Made by a program: the position numbers and the translations under genes. This document shows positions 47,901 to 59,400 of a stretch of DNA of 64,000 bases, one piece after another; the stretch's first letter is position 1, and every line of letters starts with the position of its first letter. Source of the stretch: a virus; IMG/VR virus record IMGVR_UViG_3300032401_000690, positions 1 to 64,000 of that record; one strand, written 5' to 3'. The notes below the pieces were generated by a model. It worked only from the letters and a program-made list of their open reading frames with translations. It was not told the DNA's origin and searched no databases.

Positions 47901-50414
47901 ATGTCAGACGCTAGAATAACCGATTTACCATTAATATTATCAGGAGATATTAGATCTAATAACGTCCTACCAATTGTTGATATTGATAATGATATCACAG
48001 ATAAAATCACATTAGACCAACTTAGAACTTATGTTAATAGTGGTGAAACATTTTTATATGAAGTGGGTTCAGGAACTTGCTCAACTCAAAGAGTTGGTGT
48101 TAGTGGATCCGCAATTGGTGATTATTCTATAGTTGCCGGGGGATTAAATAACACATCAAGTGCGCCTTATTCAACCGTAAGTGGTGGTTATTATAATACA
48201 AGTTCGTCTGACTACGGATCAATCGGAGGTGGGGCAAACAATACAATATCAACATATTCTCGTTATGCTACAATTGGTGGTGGTGACGATAACACAATAC
48301 TTCCAAATAGTGAGGTAGGAACAATATCAGGTGGTGAAAATAATACACTTAGCGGTTGTTACTCATTTATTGGTGGGGGGTATAATAACAACATATTTGG
48401 CAATTATTCAACCGTAAGTGGGGGTTATAGAAACACATCAAGTGGAAATAATTCAACCGTAAGTGGGGGTTATAATAACACATCAAGTGGTTATAACTCA
48501 ACAATAAGTGGAGGTTATAATAACACATCAAGTGGTAATTATTCAACCGTAAGTGGTGGATATTATAACACATCAAGTTCTTACCAATCAACGGTAGGTG
48601 GAGGTTATAGAAACACAATTAATCAATTCTCAACTTGTTCTGGAAAATATATTATTGCCGGTAATACAGTTGGTGGTGGAAATAATAACTTAATTAATTC
48701 AAATAGTGCATATTATGGAGATGCTGGTGGTGTAACAATTAATGGTGGTTACCTTAATAGAACAAACTCAGGTTATTACGGATTTAACACAATAGGTGGT
48801 GGTGTAGGTAATGATGCAAACCTTGAATACTCAACAGTAGGTGGGGGAACGTTTAACTCATCAACACAATCATTTACAACAGTAGGTGGTGGAGCGTTTA
48901 ACACTAACTCATCATATGTTTCTACAATTAGTGGTGGTTATTGTAATACAATCGGAACTTTATCTTCTTATTATGGTCCTATTATAGGTCAAACTATTGG
49001 TGGTGGTTCTTGTAATACAATTTCATCATATAGTGGGCAATATTGTAATGGTGGGTCAACAATAAGTGGTGGATATAGAAACACAACAGTTTCTTCTTAT
49101 TATGGTGGACAAACAATTGCCGGGGGATGGTGTAATGTAACGTCAAGTAATTATTCAACCGTAAGTGGTGGTCGTCTTAACACATCAAGTGGTCGTTATT
49201 CAACGGTAAGTGGTGGTGGTGGAAACACATCAAGTGGTTATAATTCAACAGTAAGTGGTGGTTATAGAAACACATCTAGTGGTCGTTATTCAACCGTTGG
49301 TGGTGGTAGAAATAATTTGGTGGAAAACACACTTGATACAATTGGTGGTGGTTGTTGTAATACAACAATGTTAAGTGGTGGTTTTGTCGGAGCATCAACA
49401 GTATCTGGTGGTTATAGAAACACATCAGGAAATTATTATACATTTAATGGTGGTGGTATTAATAATATTACACTTGGAGAATATTCATCAATAGTTGGTG
49501 GACAAAATAACGTAAACTATGGTGGATATGTTACCTCCATTAGTTTTAATTCTGGTAGTTTATCTGGTATCACAGATAACACATATACCGTTAACCCAAC
49601 TAATTTAGGTGGTTATGGGTTAAACTTACAAATTAGTTTTGATGTTAATAGTGGTGTTTTAAGTAACATAATAATTTTAAATTCAGGTGTTAAATATGAA
49701 AATGGACAACAAGTTTTAGTTTCTGGTAACACTATTGGTGGTTCTTCACCAGAAAATGATTTAACTTTTAATATAGACGTTGCTGTTTATTCAGATTACT
49801 CAACCATTGGTGGTGGTCAAAATAACACATCAATTGGAAATTATACAACTATTGGTGGGGGTTCATTTAATATTGTTAATGGTAATGGGGCTACTGTTGG
49901 TGGTGGTGGTGGATCTTGTTCATTGTTTGGTAATAAGGCTTTGGGGGATTATTCAACTGTGGGTGGAGGTCGTAGTAACACATCAAGTGGGGATACCTCA
50001 ACCATAGGTGGAGGTCGTAGTAACACATCAATTGGGGATTATTCAACCGTAAGTGGAGGGATTTTTAACACATCAAGTTGTGATCTTTCAACGGTAAGTG
50101 GTGGATATAGAAACACATCAAGTGGGTTTAGTTCAACCGTAAGTGGTGGTTTAAATAACACATCAAGTGGTCGTTATTCAACGGTAAGTGGTGGTCGTCT
50201 TAACACATCAATTGGTTTATACTCAAGTGTTTTAGGTGGTTCTGGAAATACAGTTTCAAATGACTGTTCATTTATTGTTGGAGATAGTATTATATCCAAT
50301 AGAATTTGTTCAACATTTGTTAATAATTTATCAATTATGAATATACCAACAAGTTCCGCTGGATTACCAACAGGTTCAGTTTGGAGTAATCTTGGGATAT
50401 TAAATATTGTTTAA
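47901..50414 (+). CDS. Tail fibre/adhesin with 14-aa Gly/Ser/Thr repeats (beta-roll/beta-helix)
   Basis: Many STVSGGYxNTSSGxY repeats; N-terminal MSDARITDLP; C-terminal LPTGSVW..G.LNIV. Confidence 0.75.
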   Translation: MSDARITDLPLILSGDIRSNNVLPIVDIDNDITDKITLDQLRTYVNSGETFLYEVGSGTCSTQRVGVSGSAIGDYSIVAGGLNNTSSAPYSTVSGGYYNTSSSDYGSIGGGANNTISTYSRYATIGGGDDNTILPNSEVGTISGGENNTLSGCYSFIGGGYNNNIFGNYSTVSGGYRNTSSGNNSTVSGGYNNTSSGYNSTISGGYNNTSSGNYSTVSGGYYNTSSSYQSTVGGGYRNTINQFSTCSGKYIIAGNTVGGGNNNLINSNSAYYGDAGGVTINGGYLNRTNSGYYGFNTIGGGVGNDANLEYSTVGGGTFNSSTQSFTTVGGGAFNTNSSYVSTISGGYCNTIGTLSSYYGPIIGQTIGGGSCNTISSYSGQYCNGGSTISGGYRNTTVSSYYGGQTIAGGWCNVTSSNYSTVSGGRLNTSSGRYSTVSGGGGNTSSGYNSTVSGGYRNTSSGRYSTVGGGRNNLVENTLDTIGGGCCNTTMLSGGFVGASTVSGGYRNTSGNYYTFNGGGINNITLGEYSSIVGGQNNVNYGGYVTSISFNSGSLSGITDNTYTVNPTNLGGYGLNLQISFDVNSGVLSNIIILNSGVKYENGQQVLVSGNTIGGSSPENDLTFNIDVAVYSDYSTIGGGQNNTSIGNYTTIGGGSFNIVNGNGATVGGGGGSCSLFGNKALGDYSTVGGGRSNTSSGDTSTIGGGRSNTSIGDYSTVSGGIFNTSSCDLSTVSGGYRNTSSGFSSTVSGGLNNTSSGRYSTVSGGRLNTSIGLYSSVLGGSGNTVSNDCSFIVGDSIISNRICSTFVNNLSIMNIPTSSAGLPTGSVWSNLGILNIV
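48120..50260 (+). repeat. 42-bp coding repeats (tcaaccgtaagtggtggt...aacacatcaagtgg) in three clusters
   Basis: Near-identical units around 48400-48620, 49140-49310 and 49950-50230. Confidence 0.8.
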
Positions 50415-50426
50415 TATATTTTTAAT

Positions 50427-50888
50427 GTGAAAAGAATTGTTAAATACGACGGTAATGATGAATTACGTAAAAAAATAATTGAGTTTTGGGTTAGTGAGAA
50501 TGCAATTAACTTAGAAGAATCTGAACGTAGAGTTGATAATGTTATTTTTGTTGATTTTTATAATGATGAGATTATTGGGTTATGTTCTGGAATCCAAATG
50601 AATGTCCCTGAGTTATCCGGTAATTTTTTATATTACCGAACATACACTTCACCCAAATGGAGGAATCTGAAAATAGCACAAGGATTATTTAATGAGACGT
50701 ATAATTTATTAAACAATTCTGAAACAAATTTATCGGGAATATATGTGGTATTTGAAAGTCCGATCTTGAATGAGTTTAATAAAGAATATGTTCTTAAGGG
50801 TTATTCTAACTTAACATTAATTAAAATTAACGAACAAGGTCAACAAGTTAGGGTATCATATTTTGATAATAAAACCATAACACAATAG
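50427..50888 (+). CDS. GNAT-like protein
   Basis: EIIGLC; YTSPKWRNLKIAQGL resembles acetyl-CoA-binding motif A. Confidence 0.5.
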   Translation: MKRIVKYDGNDELRKKIIEFWVSENAINLEESERRVDNVIFVDFYNDEIIGLCSGIQMNVPELSGNFLYYRTYTSPKWRNLKIAQGLFNETYNLLNNSETNLSGIYVVFESPILNEFNKEYVLKGYSNLTLIKINEQGQQVRVSYFDNKTITQ

Positions 50889-50928
50889 GTTCAATTCACT
50901 TTAACAAATATCTTAATATATTTCAAAT

Positions 50929-51675
50929 ATGTTTGTAACTGTTTGTAATAAAGAATATCTTATTGGGTTTGAGGTGATGTTAAAATCATTAATTGATAAT
51001 AACCCAAGGGTTGTGAATGAAAATATACCAATCACAATTATAAGTAATGATATTAGTGAGGACGATTTGTTTGTTAGTAAACAAATTCATAACAACATCA
51101 CCCTTAAAAATTTCAATCAAACAAAATATTATGAAATTGATGGATTAAAGAAACAACAAAACTTTTTCGGAGATTATTTTAAATATGAAATTTTTTCTAT
51201 TGATGGTGTTGATAAGATAATATATTTGGATTCCGATGTTGTTATTTTGGGAAACATAGATTACTTAATTGATTATGATGGAGATTTTGGTGGAGTTAGA
51301 GATTTATATATTGACCAATACAATACCGGGGTTTTACTAATTGGCAAAAAATACTTGAACACAAATATCACAAATGATCTTATCAGTCAGACATTAATTT
51401 ATGGAATTACAGAACATTCGGATCAAGATATTATAAATAAATATTTTTATGACGTAATAACCGAAATCCCAATTTCTTATAATTATTTAAAGACATATTC
51501 AAAATCTTTATTCCAAAACACCGGATTACCAAACCATATTAAGATTTTACATTTTATTGTTAAAAAACCTTGGCAAAATAAACCATTAGTTTTATTGGAA
51601 GAAGGAACATTATGGCAAGAAAGATATTGGTTTGAATACCACTCAAAGATATTAAAATTAAAATATAATGGTTAA
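50929..51675 (+). CDS. Glycosyltransferase family 8
   Basis: IIYLDSD, YNTGVLL, DQDIIN, YN, ILHF...KPW. Confidence 0.9.
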   Translation: MFVTVCNKEYLIGFEVMLKSLIDNNPRVVNENIPITIISNDISEDDLFVSKQIHNNITLKNFNQTKYYEIDGLKKQQNFFGDYFKYEIFSIDGVDKIIYLDSDVVILGNIDYLIDYDGDFGGVRDLYIDQYNTGVLLIGKKYLNTNITNDLISQTLIYGITEHSDQDIINKYFYDVITEIPISYNYLKTYSKSLFQNTGLPNHIKILHFIVKKPWQNKPLVLLEEGTLWQERYWFEYHSKILKLKYNG

Positions 51676-52579
51676 ACGACATTATGATGAAAGTGAGTTG
51701 TTGGATTATGTTGAGTTGGAACCAAAGACGGAAACATTAGTTGATAAAACAATCTTACTTCATTTTGATTCTTTTTGTTTGGGCGATACAATTTGTTTTG
51801 CTTCATTAATAGAACCATTTATTGATTTCCACAAACCAAAAAAAGTTTTAATCTCAACATTTTTTCCCCATCTTTTAAAATCAACCAACTTAAGTTATGA
51901 ATTTATTAATGCAAATCAAAAGAAAAAGATTGTTGTAGATAAACTTATTAATGTTGGGTATGATAAGGGTAGTTTATCTCATACATTAGGTGGAATGTTT
52001 TATGCGGCAAAGGAAAAGTTAATGATACCCCAAAACACAAAACCCGTTAAACCACCGATGATATTAAAATTTAGGAACCCAAAACCTAATAAAATAACAA
52101 TTGCACCTGAATCATTAAAAGATATTGCCAAATGGACGAAGGATGGTTGGCAATCGGTTGTTAATAAATTGGTTGATCATAAGTATGATGTTTATAATGT
52201 ATCATATGAGAATACGATGAACTTACAAAATGTAACACCAATTCACGGAAATGATGATATTAATATTTCAATAGACCATATTTTGGATTCAAAATTTTTT
52301 ATTGGTTTATCTTCTGGTCTTGCTTGGGTTGCATGGGCATATGGTGTTCCCGTTGTTATGATCTCAGGTTTTACAAAAGACCATAACGAGTTTGATTGTT
52401 TTAGGGTTAGAAACCACAATGTTTGTAATGGTTGTTTTAACGTTGTTCAAAATATAAAAACAAAATGTCCGATATTTTTGGGAACAAACCGGGAAAATGA
52501 ATGTCATAAGACAATAACATCTGATATGGTTATAGATCAAATTAATAATGCAATCAAGTTTACAAACAACGAAAAATAA
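51668..52579 (+). CDS. Autotransporter O-heptosyltransferase-like protein (TibC/Aah, GT9-related)
   Basis: LGDTI; FFIGLSSGLAWVAWAYGVPVVMISGFT...EF; four-Cys VCNGCFN...CP...ECHKTI. Confidence 0.8.
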   Translation: MVKRHYDESELLDYVELEPKTETLVDKTILLHFDSFCLGDTICFASLIEPFIDFHKPKKVLISTFFPHLLKSTNLSYEFINANQKKKIVVDKLINVGYDKGSLSHTLGGMFYAAKEKLMIPQNTKPVKPPMILKFRNPKPNKITIAPESLKDIAKWTKDGWQSVVNKLVDHKYDVYNVSYENTMNLQNVTPIHGNDDINISIDHILDSKFFIGLSSGLAWVAWAYGVPVVMISGFTKDHNEFDCFRVRNHNVCNGCFNVVQNIKTKCPIFLGTNRENECHKTITSDMVIDQINNAIKFTNNEK

Positions 52580-52593
52580 CTATAATTTTTTAT

Positions 52594-53481
52594 ATGGAAA
52601 AAAAATATTCATTATTTCATATTGAGGGTGGTTTAGGTAAACACGTTTGTGCAACGGCAGTTGCTAAATGTATTAAAAATAATCACCCCGATAGAGAATT
52701 GATTGTTGTATGTGCATATCCTGAAATATTTTTAAATCTACCATTTGTTGATAGAGTTTATCGGATTGGTATTACCCCTTATTTTTATGAAGATTATGTT
52801 GAGGGTAAGGATACTTTAATTTTTAAACACGAACCTTATTTCACGGACGAACATATACACAAAACATTACCACTTATTGAGAGTTGGTCAAAATTGTTTA
52901 ATTTAAACTACCAAGGAGAAACACCTGAACTTGTTTTTAATGTAAGACAAAAACAGATTGGATACAATAAATGGAAGAGGGAGAGACCAATTATGGTTAT
53001 CCAAACCAATGGTGGTCCGTTAAATGAACAACCATACCCTTATTCTTGGACTAGAGACATCCCTTATGAAGTTGCCGAACAACTTGTTAAAACTTTTGAG
53101 AATGATTACCACATCATCCAAATTTGTAGAGACAAGTCAAATGGAATACCAGGAACTGAAGTAATAACAGAACAAATGTCCAATATGGAATTGTTTTGGT
53201 TGCTAGCAATGTCAGATAAAAGAATTTTAATTGACTCTTGTTTGCAACACGCATCAATGGCAATGGGATTACCATCAACGGTATTGTGGGTTGGAACATC
53301 ACCAAAAACATTTGGATATAACATCCATAAAAACATCATTGCAAATATTCCTAAAACCGTTAAGTCACCAGATAGTTATCTTTTTGATTTTAATTTTAAT
53401 GGACTGACTCACGAATGTCCGTTATTAGATTTTAACATATTTGATATTAATGAAATAATTTACGAAACAAAAACAACTTAA
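52594..53481 (+). CDS. GT9-like glycosyltransferase
   Basis: GGLGK, PFVDRVY, IDSCLQHASMAMGLPSTVLW. Confidence 0.75.
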   Translation: MEKKYSLFHIEGGLGKHVCATAVAKCIKNNHPDRELIVVCAYPEIFLNLPFVDRVYRIGITPYFYEDYVEGKDTLIFKHEPYFTDEHIHKTLPLIESWSKLFNLNYQGETPELVFNVRQKQIGYNKWKRERPIMVIQTNGGPLNEQPYPYSWTRDIPYEVAEQLVKTFENDYHIIQICRDKSNGIPGTEVITEQMSNMELFWLLAMSDKRILIDSCLQHASMAMGLPSTVLWVGTSPKTFGYNIHKNIIANIPKTVKSPDSYLFDFNFNGLTHECPLLDFNIFDINEIIYETKTT

Positions 53482-53482
53482 T

Positions 53483-54301
53483 ATGGTACAAAAGATATTC
53501 TTTCAAAGTTCCCTACCAAGAGCGGGATCAACATTACTACAAAATGTTATGGGACAAAATCCTGACTTCTATGTAACCCCAACATCGGGTGTTTTAGAGT
53601 TGGTATATGCGGCAAGAAACAATTATACAAATTCACCTGAATTTAAAGCTCAAGACACAGATCTAATGAAAGACGGGTTCCTTTCTTTTTGTAAGAATGG
53701 GATGGAAGGGTTTTTTAATGGTGTAACAGATAAACCTTATGTTATAGATAAAAGTAGAGGTTGGGGAGTTCATTATGGATTTTTAAATTCATTTTATCCA
53801 AACCCTAAGATCATTTGTATGATTAGAGATTTAAGAGGAGTTTTTGCTTCTATGGAAAAAAACTTCAGAAAAAATCAACATATGGATTCAGGTTTGGTAA
53901 ATCATGCAACTATGGTTGGTACCACAACAGAAAAAAGAATTGATACTTGGGCTCAAAGTCAACCCGTTGGTATGGCAATTGAGAGATTACAACAAATGTT
54001 TAAAGAGGGTGTTGATAAAAAAGTGTTGTTTGTTAAGTTTGAAGATTTCACTTCCAACCCGGCAAGTGAGATGAGAAGAATATATGAATATTTGGAACTT
54101 CCTTATTTTGAACACGACTTTAATAATGTTGAACAGATGACCAAAGAAGATGATAGTGTTTATGGTATCTATGGTGATCACAAGATAAAAAACAAAATAG
54201 AACCATTAAGAAATGATTTTAACGATGTTTTGGGTATTAATGCTAGTAACTGGATTAAAACAAACTATAAATGGTATTACGATCAATTTTTATATTTTTA
54301 A
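53483..54301 (+). CDS. Sulfotransferase
   Basis: SLPRAGSTLL (5'-PSB loop), DKSR, MIRD...FAS (3'-PB), VKFEDF..NP. Confidence 0.9.
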   Translation: MVQKIFFQSSLPRAGSTLLQNVMGQNPDFYVTPTSGVLELVYAARNNYTNSPEFKAQDTDLMKDGFLSFCKNGMEGFFNGVTDKPYVIDKSRGWGVHYGFLNSFYPNPKIICMIRDLRGVFASMEKNFRKNQHMDSGLVNHATMVGTTTEKRIDTWAQSQPVGMAIERLQQMFKEGVDKKVLFVKFEDFTSNPASEMRRIYEYLELPYFEHDFNNVEQMTKEDDSVYGIYGDHKIKNKIEPLRNDFNDVLGINASNWIKTNYKWYYDQFLYF

Positions 54302-54304
54302 TTT

Positions 54305-54745
54305 ATGATTTATTGGTTTACAGGACAACCGTCCCATGGAAAAACAGTTTTGGGTGAAATGATGAAAAATCATCTTGAGAAAACACAAGAACAACCATAT
54401 AGAATTGATGGTGATGATCTTAGAGATTTATTTACAAATAAAGATTATTCTATGAAAGGTAGGGTAACAAATGTGGATGCCGCTCAAAAGATTGCACATT
54501 ATTTACATAACCAAGGATATACTGTAATCGTAACTTTGGTTTCACCTTATTTAGATCAACGAGAAGAGTTTAAACAAATGCTCGGTGAAGATATTAAGGA
54601 AATTTACATTCATTGTAATGAACCAAGAGAGAGAGATAGTTTTGCGGTTGAAGGTTATCAACCACCACAAAAAAATTTTATTGATATTGATACAACAAAC
54701 GACACACCTGAAGAATCATTAAAACTAATATTAAAAAATATATGA
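54305..54745 (+). CDS. cysC: Adenylyl-sulfate (APS) kinase
   Basis: WFTGQPSHGKT P-loop, IDGDDLR, DYS..GR..N, LVSPY, YQPP. Confidence 0.85.
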   Translation: MIYWFTGQPSHGKTVLGEMMKNHLEKTQEQPYRIDGDDLRDLFTNKDYSMKGRVTNVDAAQKIAHYLHNQGYTVIVTLVSPYLDQREEFKQMLGEDIKEIYIHCNEPRERDSFAVEGYQPPQKNFIDIDTTNDTPEESLKLILKNI

Positions 54746-55206
54746 ATTGGGAAGTAAAAAATCACGGTGGGGAACCAACAAATAATTCGGATAAAAAATA
54801 TGCGATTTTTATTGGGAGATATCAACCACCACATTTTGGGCATTTAAATCTTATAGACCAAAAATTAAATGAAGGTATTCCGGCACTTATAATGGTTAGA
54901 GATATTGCTCCTGACGATAAAAATCCTTTTACCACAGAACAAACTGTTTCTATGTTAGAGAAATATTATCATTCAAAGAATAAAGATGTTAAGGTTATGG
55001 TTATTCCTGATATTGAGTCCGTTAATTATGGTAGAGGTGTTGGTTATGAAATAAATGAATTTACACCACCAGACAATATCGGGTTTATTTCAGCAACAAA
55101 GGTGAGAGAATCAATAAAAAATGGTGATGATGGGTGGAGATCAATGATTGATGAGTCCATTCAAGACGATGTTATTAATTATTTATCATATGAAATCACA
55201 AAGTAA
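54742..55206 (+). CDS. HxGH-superfamily nucleotidyltransferase
   Basis: FIGRYQPPHFGH, NPF, ISATKVRE. Confidence 0.8.
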   Translation: MNWEVKNHGGEPTNNSDKKYAIFIGRYQPPHFGHLNLIDQKLNEGIPALIMVRDIAPDDKNPFTTEQTVSMLEKYYHSKNKDVKVMVIPDIESVNYGRGVGYEINEFTPPDNIGFISATKVRESIKNGDDGWRSMIDESIQDDVINYLSYEITK

Positions 55207-55630
55207 AACTTATCAAATAAGATTCAATACCGTATCAATAGGTGAAAACGATAGATGGAGATTAATTGAGAACGGAAATGAGACATTAGTTTCTGACGTT
55301 TATATTGATGGTCGCACTTACACAACAAAAGATTGGATAGAAGATATTCAAGATTATAAATGGCACATCAGTTGTATTGGTCATTGTAAAGTTAGAAGTA
55401 ATTGTGCCTACATTACAACAATAAAAGAAGAGTCAGTATTATTAAGACATATTTTAAAAACAATTAGTTATAGATTGTTAGGGACATTAACTACTGTTAT
55501 TGTTGCTTTAAGTTTGGGGGTAACCACAGAAGTATCCACATTATTAGGTGTTGGTGAATTGTTAATTAAACCTGTAATTTATTTCTTCCACGAAAGACTA
55601 TGGTATAAGTTTATTAAGATTAAAAAATGA
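55190..55630 (+). CDS. Protein with C-terminal DUF2061-like membrane domain
   Basis: RHILKTISYRLLGT...K..IYFFHERLW; ATG at 55190 preferred. Confidence 0.7.
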   Translation: MKSQSKTYQIRFNTVSIGENDRWRLIENGNETLVSDVYIDGRTYTTKDWIEDIQDYKWHISCIGHCKVRSNCAYITTIKEESVLLRHILKTISYRLLGTLTTVIVALSLGVTTEVSTLLGVGELLIKPVIYFFHERLWYKFIKIKK

Positions 55631-55659
55631 TTTGAGGTTGTATTTATAGTCTAAGAACT

Positions 55660-56439
55660 ATGGATCAAACAATAACAATTCAAAGTATAAATTATTCTGG
55701 TGAAAGTGCTGAAATAATTTTTAATCCTGACAATGAAACTATTGTCATTAATCTGGGTGCACATATATTACCTTACGCTTTTGATTCATCATTATTGGAT
55801 CCACCAAGAGAAATTTACGGCACTTATACGATATTAGTTAATAATTGTCCATACTTCCTTAACGTTCCAAGGTTAACACCAACACCTACACCGACGAGAA
55901 CTCCAACGAGAACTCCGACACCAACAGTTACACCAACACCAACGGTAACACCAACATATGATCCGTGTTCGGTAACACAAACACCATCGGTTACTCCGAC
56001 GAAAACACCAACAAGAACTCCAACGAGAACTCCGACTCCAACACCAACAATAACGTGTTATGCGACACCTACACCAACACCAACGGTGACACCATCATCG
56101 TTACCGTCATTACCTGGTGTTTATTACGGTAAATTTAATAGTACGTTAATAACTTCTGCAGATACGTCATCATTAACATTTGTAACAACAAATGATATAA
56201 CAAATACGTATGTGACGTTCTCTGCGGGGACTGGTTTTGGATATGTATTAATACCACCATCTTTACCTCAACCTATTAACTTTAAAGATAGTGATACTGG
56301 ATGTACGGGTAATGATGTCCCTGTTAATAACATAGGTACTGTGGTTGTATTGGATACAAATGGATTTGCAATAACATATAACATATATAGAACATTCTTC
56401 CCATTCAATGGACAATTATTCTGTTGGTTGTGTGGTTAA
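55660..56439 (+). CDS. Pro/Thr-repeat putative virion protein
   Basis: About 70 aa of PTPTRTPT repeats between two beta domains; upstream TATTTATA. Confidence 0.7.
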   Translation: MDQTITIQSINYSGESAEIIFNPDNETIVINLGAHILPYAFDSSLLDPPREIYGTYTILVNNCPYFLNVPRLTPTPTPTRTPTRTPTPTVTPTPTVTPTYDPCSVTQTPSVTPTKTPTRTPTRTPTPTPTITCYATPTPTPTVTPSSLPSLPGVYYGKFNSTLITSADTSSLTFVTTNDITNTYVTFSAGTGFGYVLIPPSLPQPINFKDSDTGCTGNDVPVNNIGTVVVLDTNGFAITYNIYRTFFPFNGQLFCWLCG

Positions 56440-56455
56440 AAACAAATAAATAATT

Positions 56456-59400
56456 ATGATGAGTTTTAGTCTTTCAGGGGGAGTTGAAGTTTTCGGGTTT
56501 ATATCACCATCGGAACCAACTGATACATATCCCGTTATAGATCCAATATATGGTATTGACGGTTTAAGAAACGTGGATACCCTTTCAGATTTAGACAATA
56601 TTCCTGAACTACGAAGACGTGCAGGTATGGTTGTGGGGGTTAGTGGTGGAACTGAATATTATAAACTAAATCCTCCTCCGTGGAATCTTGATTTTACCGA
56701 TTGGTCTGTTTTTAATTCTGGTGGTAGTGGTTTATCTTCATACACATATAATAACAATACTTTCACAATTTTAGATCTTACAGGTGGAACATATAGTGCA
56801 ACAATTAATGAAGTGACTGGATTAACCGTTAATGGAATTTTATCGGCAATGACATATGAAAACTTACCTATTGATGTTTTTGTTACGGGGGGAACTTATT
56901 CTGCGGGAACAAGTACTTTTGTTAATAACACCGGAGGAACATTTGATGTCACGGGATTCTATACAGGTGACACCGATGATAACACATATATCACAGGTTT
57001 TACATATTCGGCAAACACATTTACTATATCCGACAATTCAGGAACTACATTTAATTCAACTATTAATGAAGTAACAGGACTAACAGTTAATGGTATATTA
57101 TCGGCAACAACATATGAGAATTTACCTACCGATGTTTATGTGACTGGAGGGACTTATAATAACGGAACAAGTACCTTCACAAATAATACCGGAGGTACAT
57201 TTAATGTTAATGGGTTCTATACGGGAGCAACAGATGTTTTTGTTACGGGAGGAACATATAATAATGGGACAAGTACTTTTACGAATAATACCGGAGGAAC
57301 ATTTGATGTTACTGGGTTCTATACTGGAGAAACTGATGATAATCAATATGTTACAGGTTTTACATATTCCGCAAATACATTTACAATATCAGACAATTCA
57401 GGTAATACGTTTAATTCAACAATAAATGACGTTACAGGGTTAACCGTTAACGGAATATTATCTGCAACCACAATAAGTGGTGGGACATTCTACGGTAATG
57501 GTCTTGAACTAACAAGGGTTGAGAATTTAGTAACCGTTGGTTTAAATGGTACTAATTGTGACTTTGGGTCAATTAACTCTGCAGTTGATTATTTAATATC
57601 TTCGGGTAATACTTCATCAACAAATAGATATGTTATTACCGTTGGGCCTGGTGTATTTTATGAAAATGAAATTGATTTAACAAATATACCATATGTTAGT
57701 ATTGTCGGTAGTAGTGTCCAAACAACACAAATCCTACCAAACACCAATACCCAACATATTGTTAAAATAGGGGCTAATAATGAAATATCGTTTTTAACTT
57801 TTAGTGGGGCACCTTTAGGGTATTCGGCAATTTATTGTTACGATATTGGAGATTATGCTCAAGCTCATAAAATTTCATTTTACGATTGTGATATAAATGT
57901 GTGGGTTGAATCTAATAGTCAGGACACAAAATTCTATGGTGAATATTTAGATTATAATGGTACATATACTTATGGAACAAAAGTTATAGGAAACAATGGT
58001 TATGAGGCGTTAGCCAATATGGAGAACTATTATAACTTCCCAACGGGAGGAAATATAACTTATTGTAATTATGCGACAGGTAGTGGGGCAACATTAAGTG
58101 TTTTTGTTGGTGATAATCAAAGTAATGGAGTTTCAGGTAGTACTGCATACTTTGCTCAAGATGGTGCTGGATTATATTGTAGTACAATTACGATAAATGG
58201 TTTCACATATGGTATTAGAAATCCAAATGTGGGAGATCCGATTAGATTTGATATTGATAATGCTAGTATTGTAGGTGGAGAATGGGATTTATATATTGAA
58301 CGTATTACCACCTTTGGTACATTTGGAGGTAGTGCCAATAGCCAAAAAACATATTCGGTTAGTCCTGACATATATTGGGCATTTTTAGATATTGAGGATG
58401 GTCAGTTTGATATAACAAGAAAGGCTTCTGTAACATTTACCGATGGATCACATACCGACTTTACTACTTTAATTTTTGATGGGGGACCCATGGGTCTTTT
58501 AAGTGGTGGTACACTTACAACCGTTAGTGGAACAACAATCCAAACCGATAGGGGTTTCGGGTATGTTGAGAAATCAGATAATAGTGGGATTGTTAGAAGA
58601 ATTAATTGGGACAATAGTGAAATAACTCTATCTGAAAATACTAACACCTATATCTTTATTAACGAAAATGGTAATTTAGGGGGTTCAGGAACTAGACCAA
58701 ACTCTTTTTATAACATAATTTTAGGTAGGGTTGTTACTAATTCTACCGAGGTATCATTTATTGATTTAACACCATTTAATGCCGAACACACATCAAATAG
58801 GTTTGGTAGTTTGTTTAGAGAAGCCTTAGGACCAATATATTCATTAGGGTCAATAGTAACAGAAGGAACACCAACATACACCTTGGATGTAACTGATGGG
58901 GAGTATTATTTCTCAACCACAGAAATTTTACCTTCAGGTGGAACAGGAATAACATTTAACCAATATTATAGAAACGGTTCTGGTGGTTGGATAACAAGTG
59001 GAACAACAACCGTAGTTAACGGTTATGACGATAATAGTGGTACAATATCACCACTACCTTTATCTGCATATACAAAACATACATTATATTTAGTTGGTGA
59101 TGGAATTTACGAGAACTATTTTTTAGTATTAGGTCAAAACCAATATTCAACTTTAATTGAGGCTGAATTAGGTCTTTTACCAACACCACCAACATATTTT
59201 ACAGATTCTGTAGTTCAGGTTGCAAACATTTATATACGACAAGGATCATCAGGAATAACCCAAATTGAGGACATTAGACCTATTATTGGTTTTAAATCTG
59301 GTGGTGTAAACGCATCCTCAGTTCACGGTAATCTTTTAGGATTATCTGCCGATGACCATATCCAATACTTGTTGGTTAATGGTGGTAGACCTATGAGTGG

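Noticed and set aside
48120-50260. Regular 42-bp repeats as a CRISPR array
   Set aside because: In-frame coding repeats with synonymous variation, no unique spacers, no cas genes
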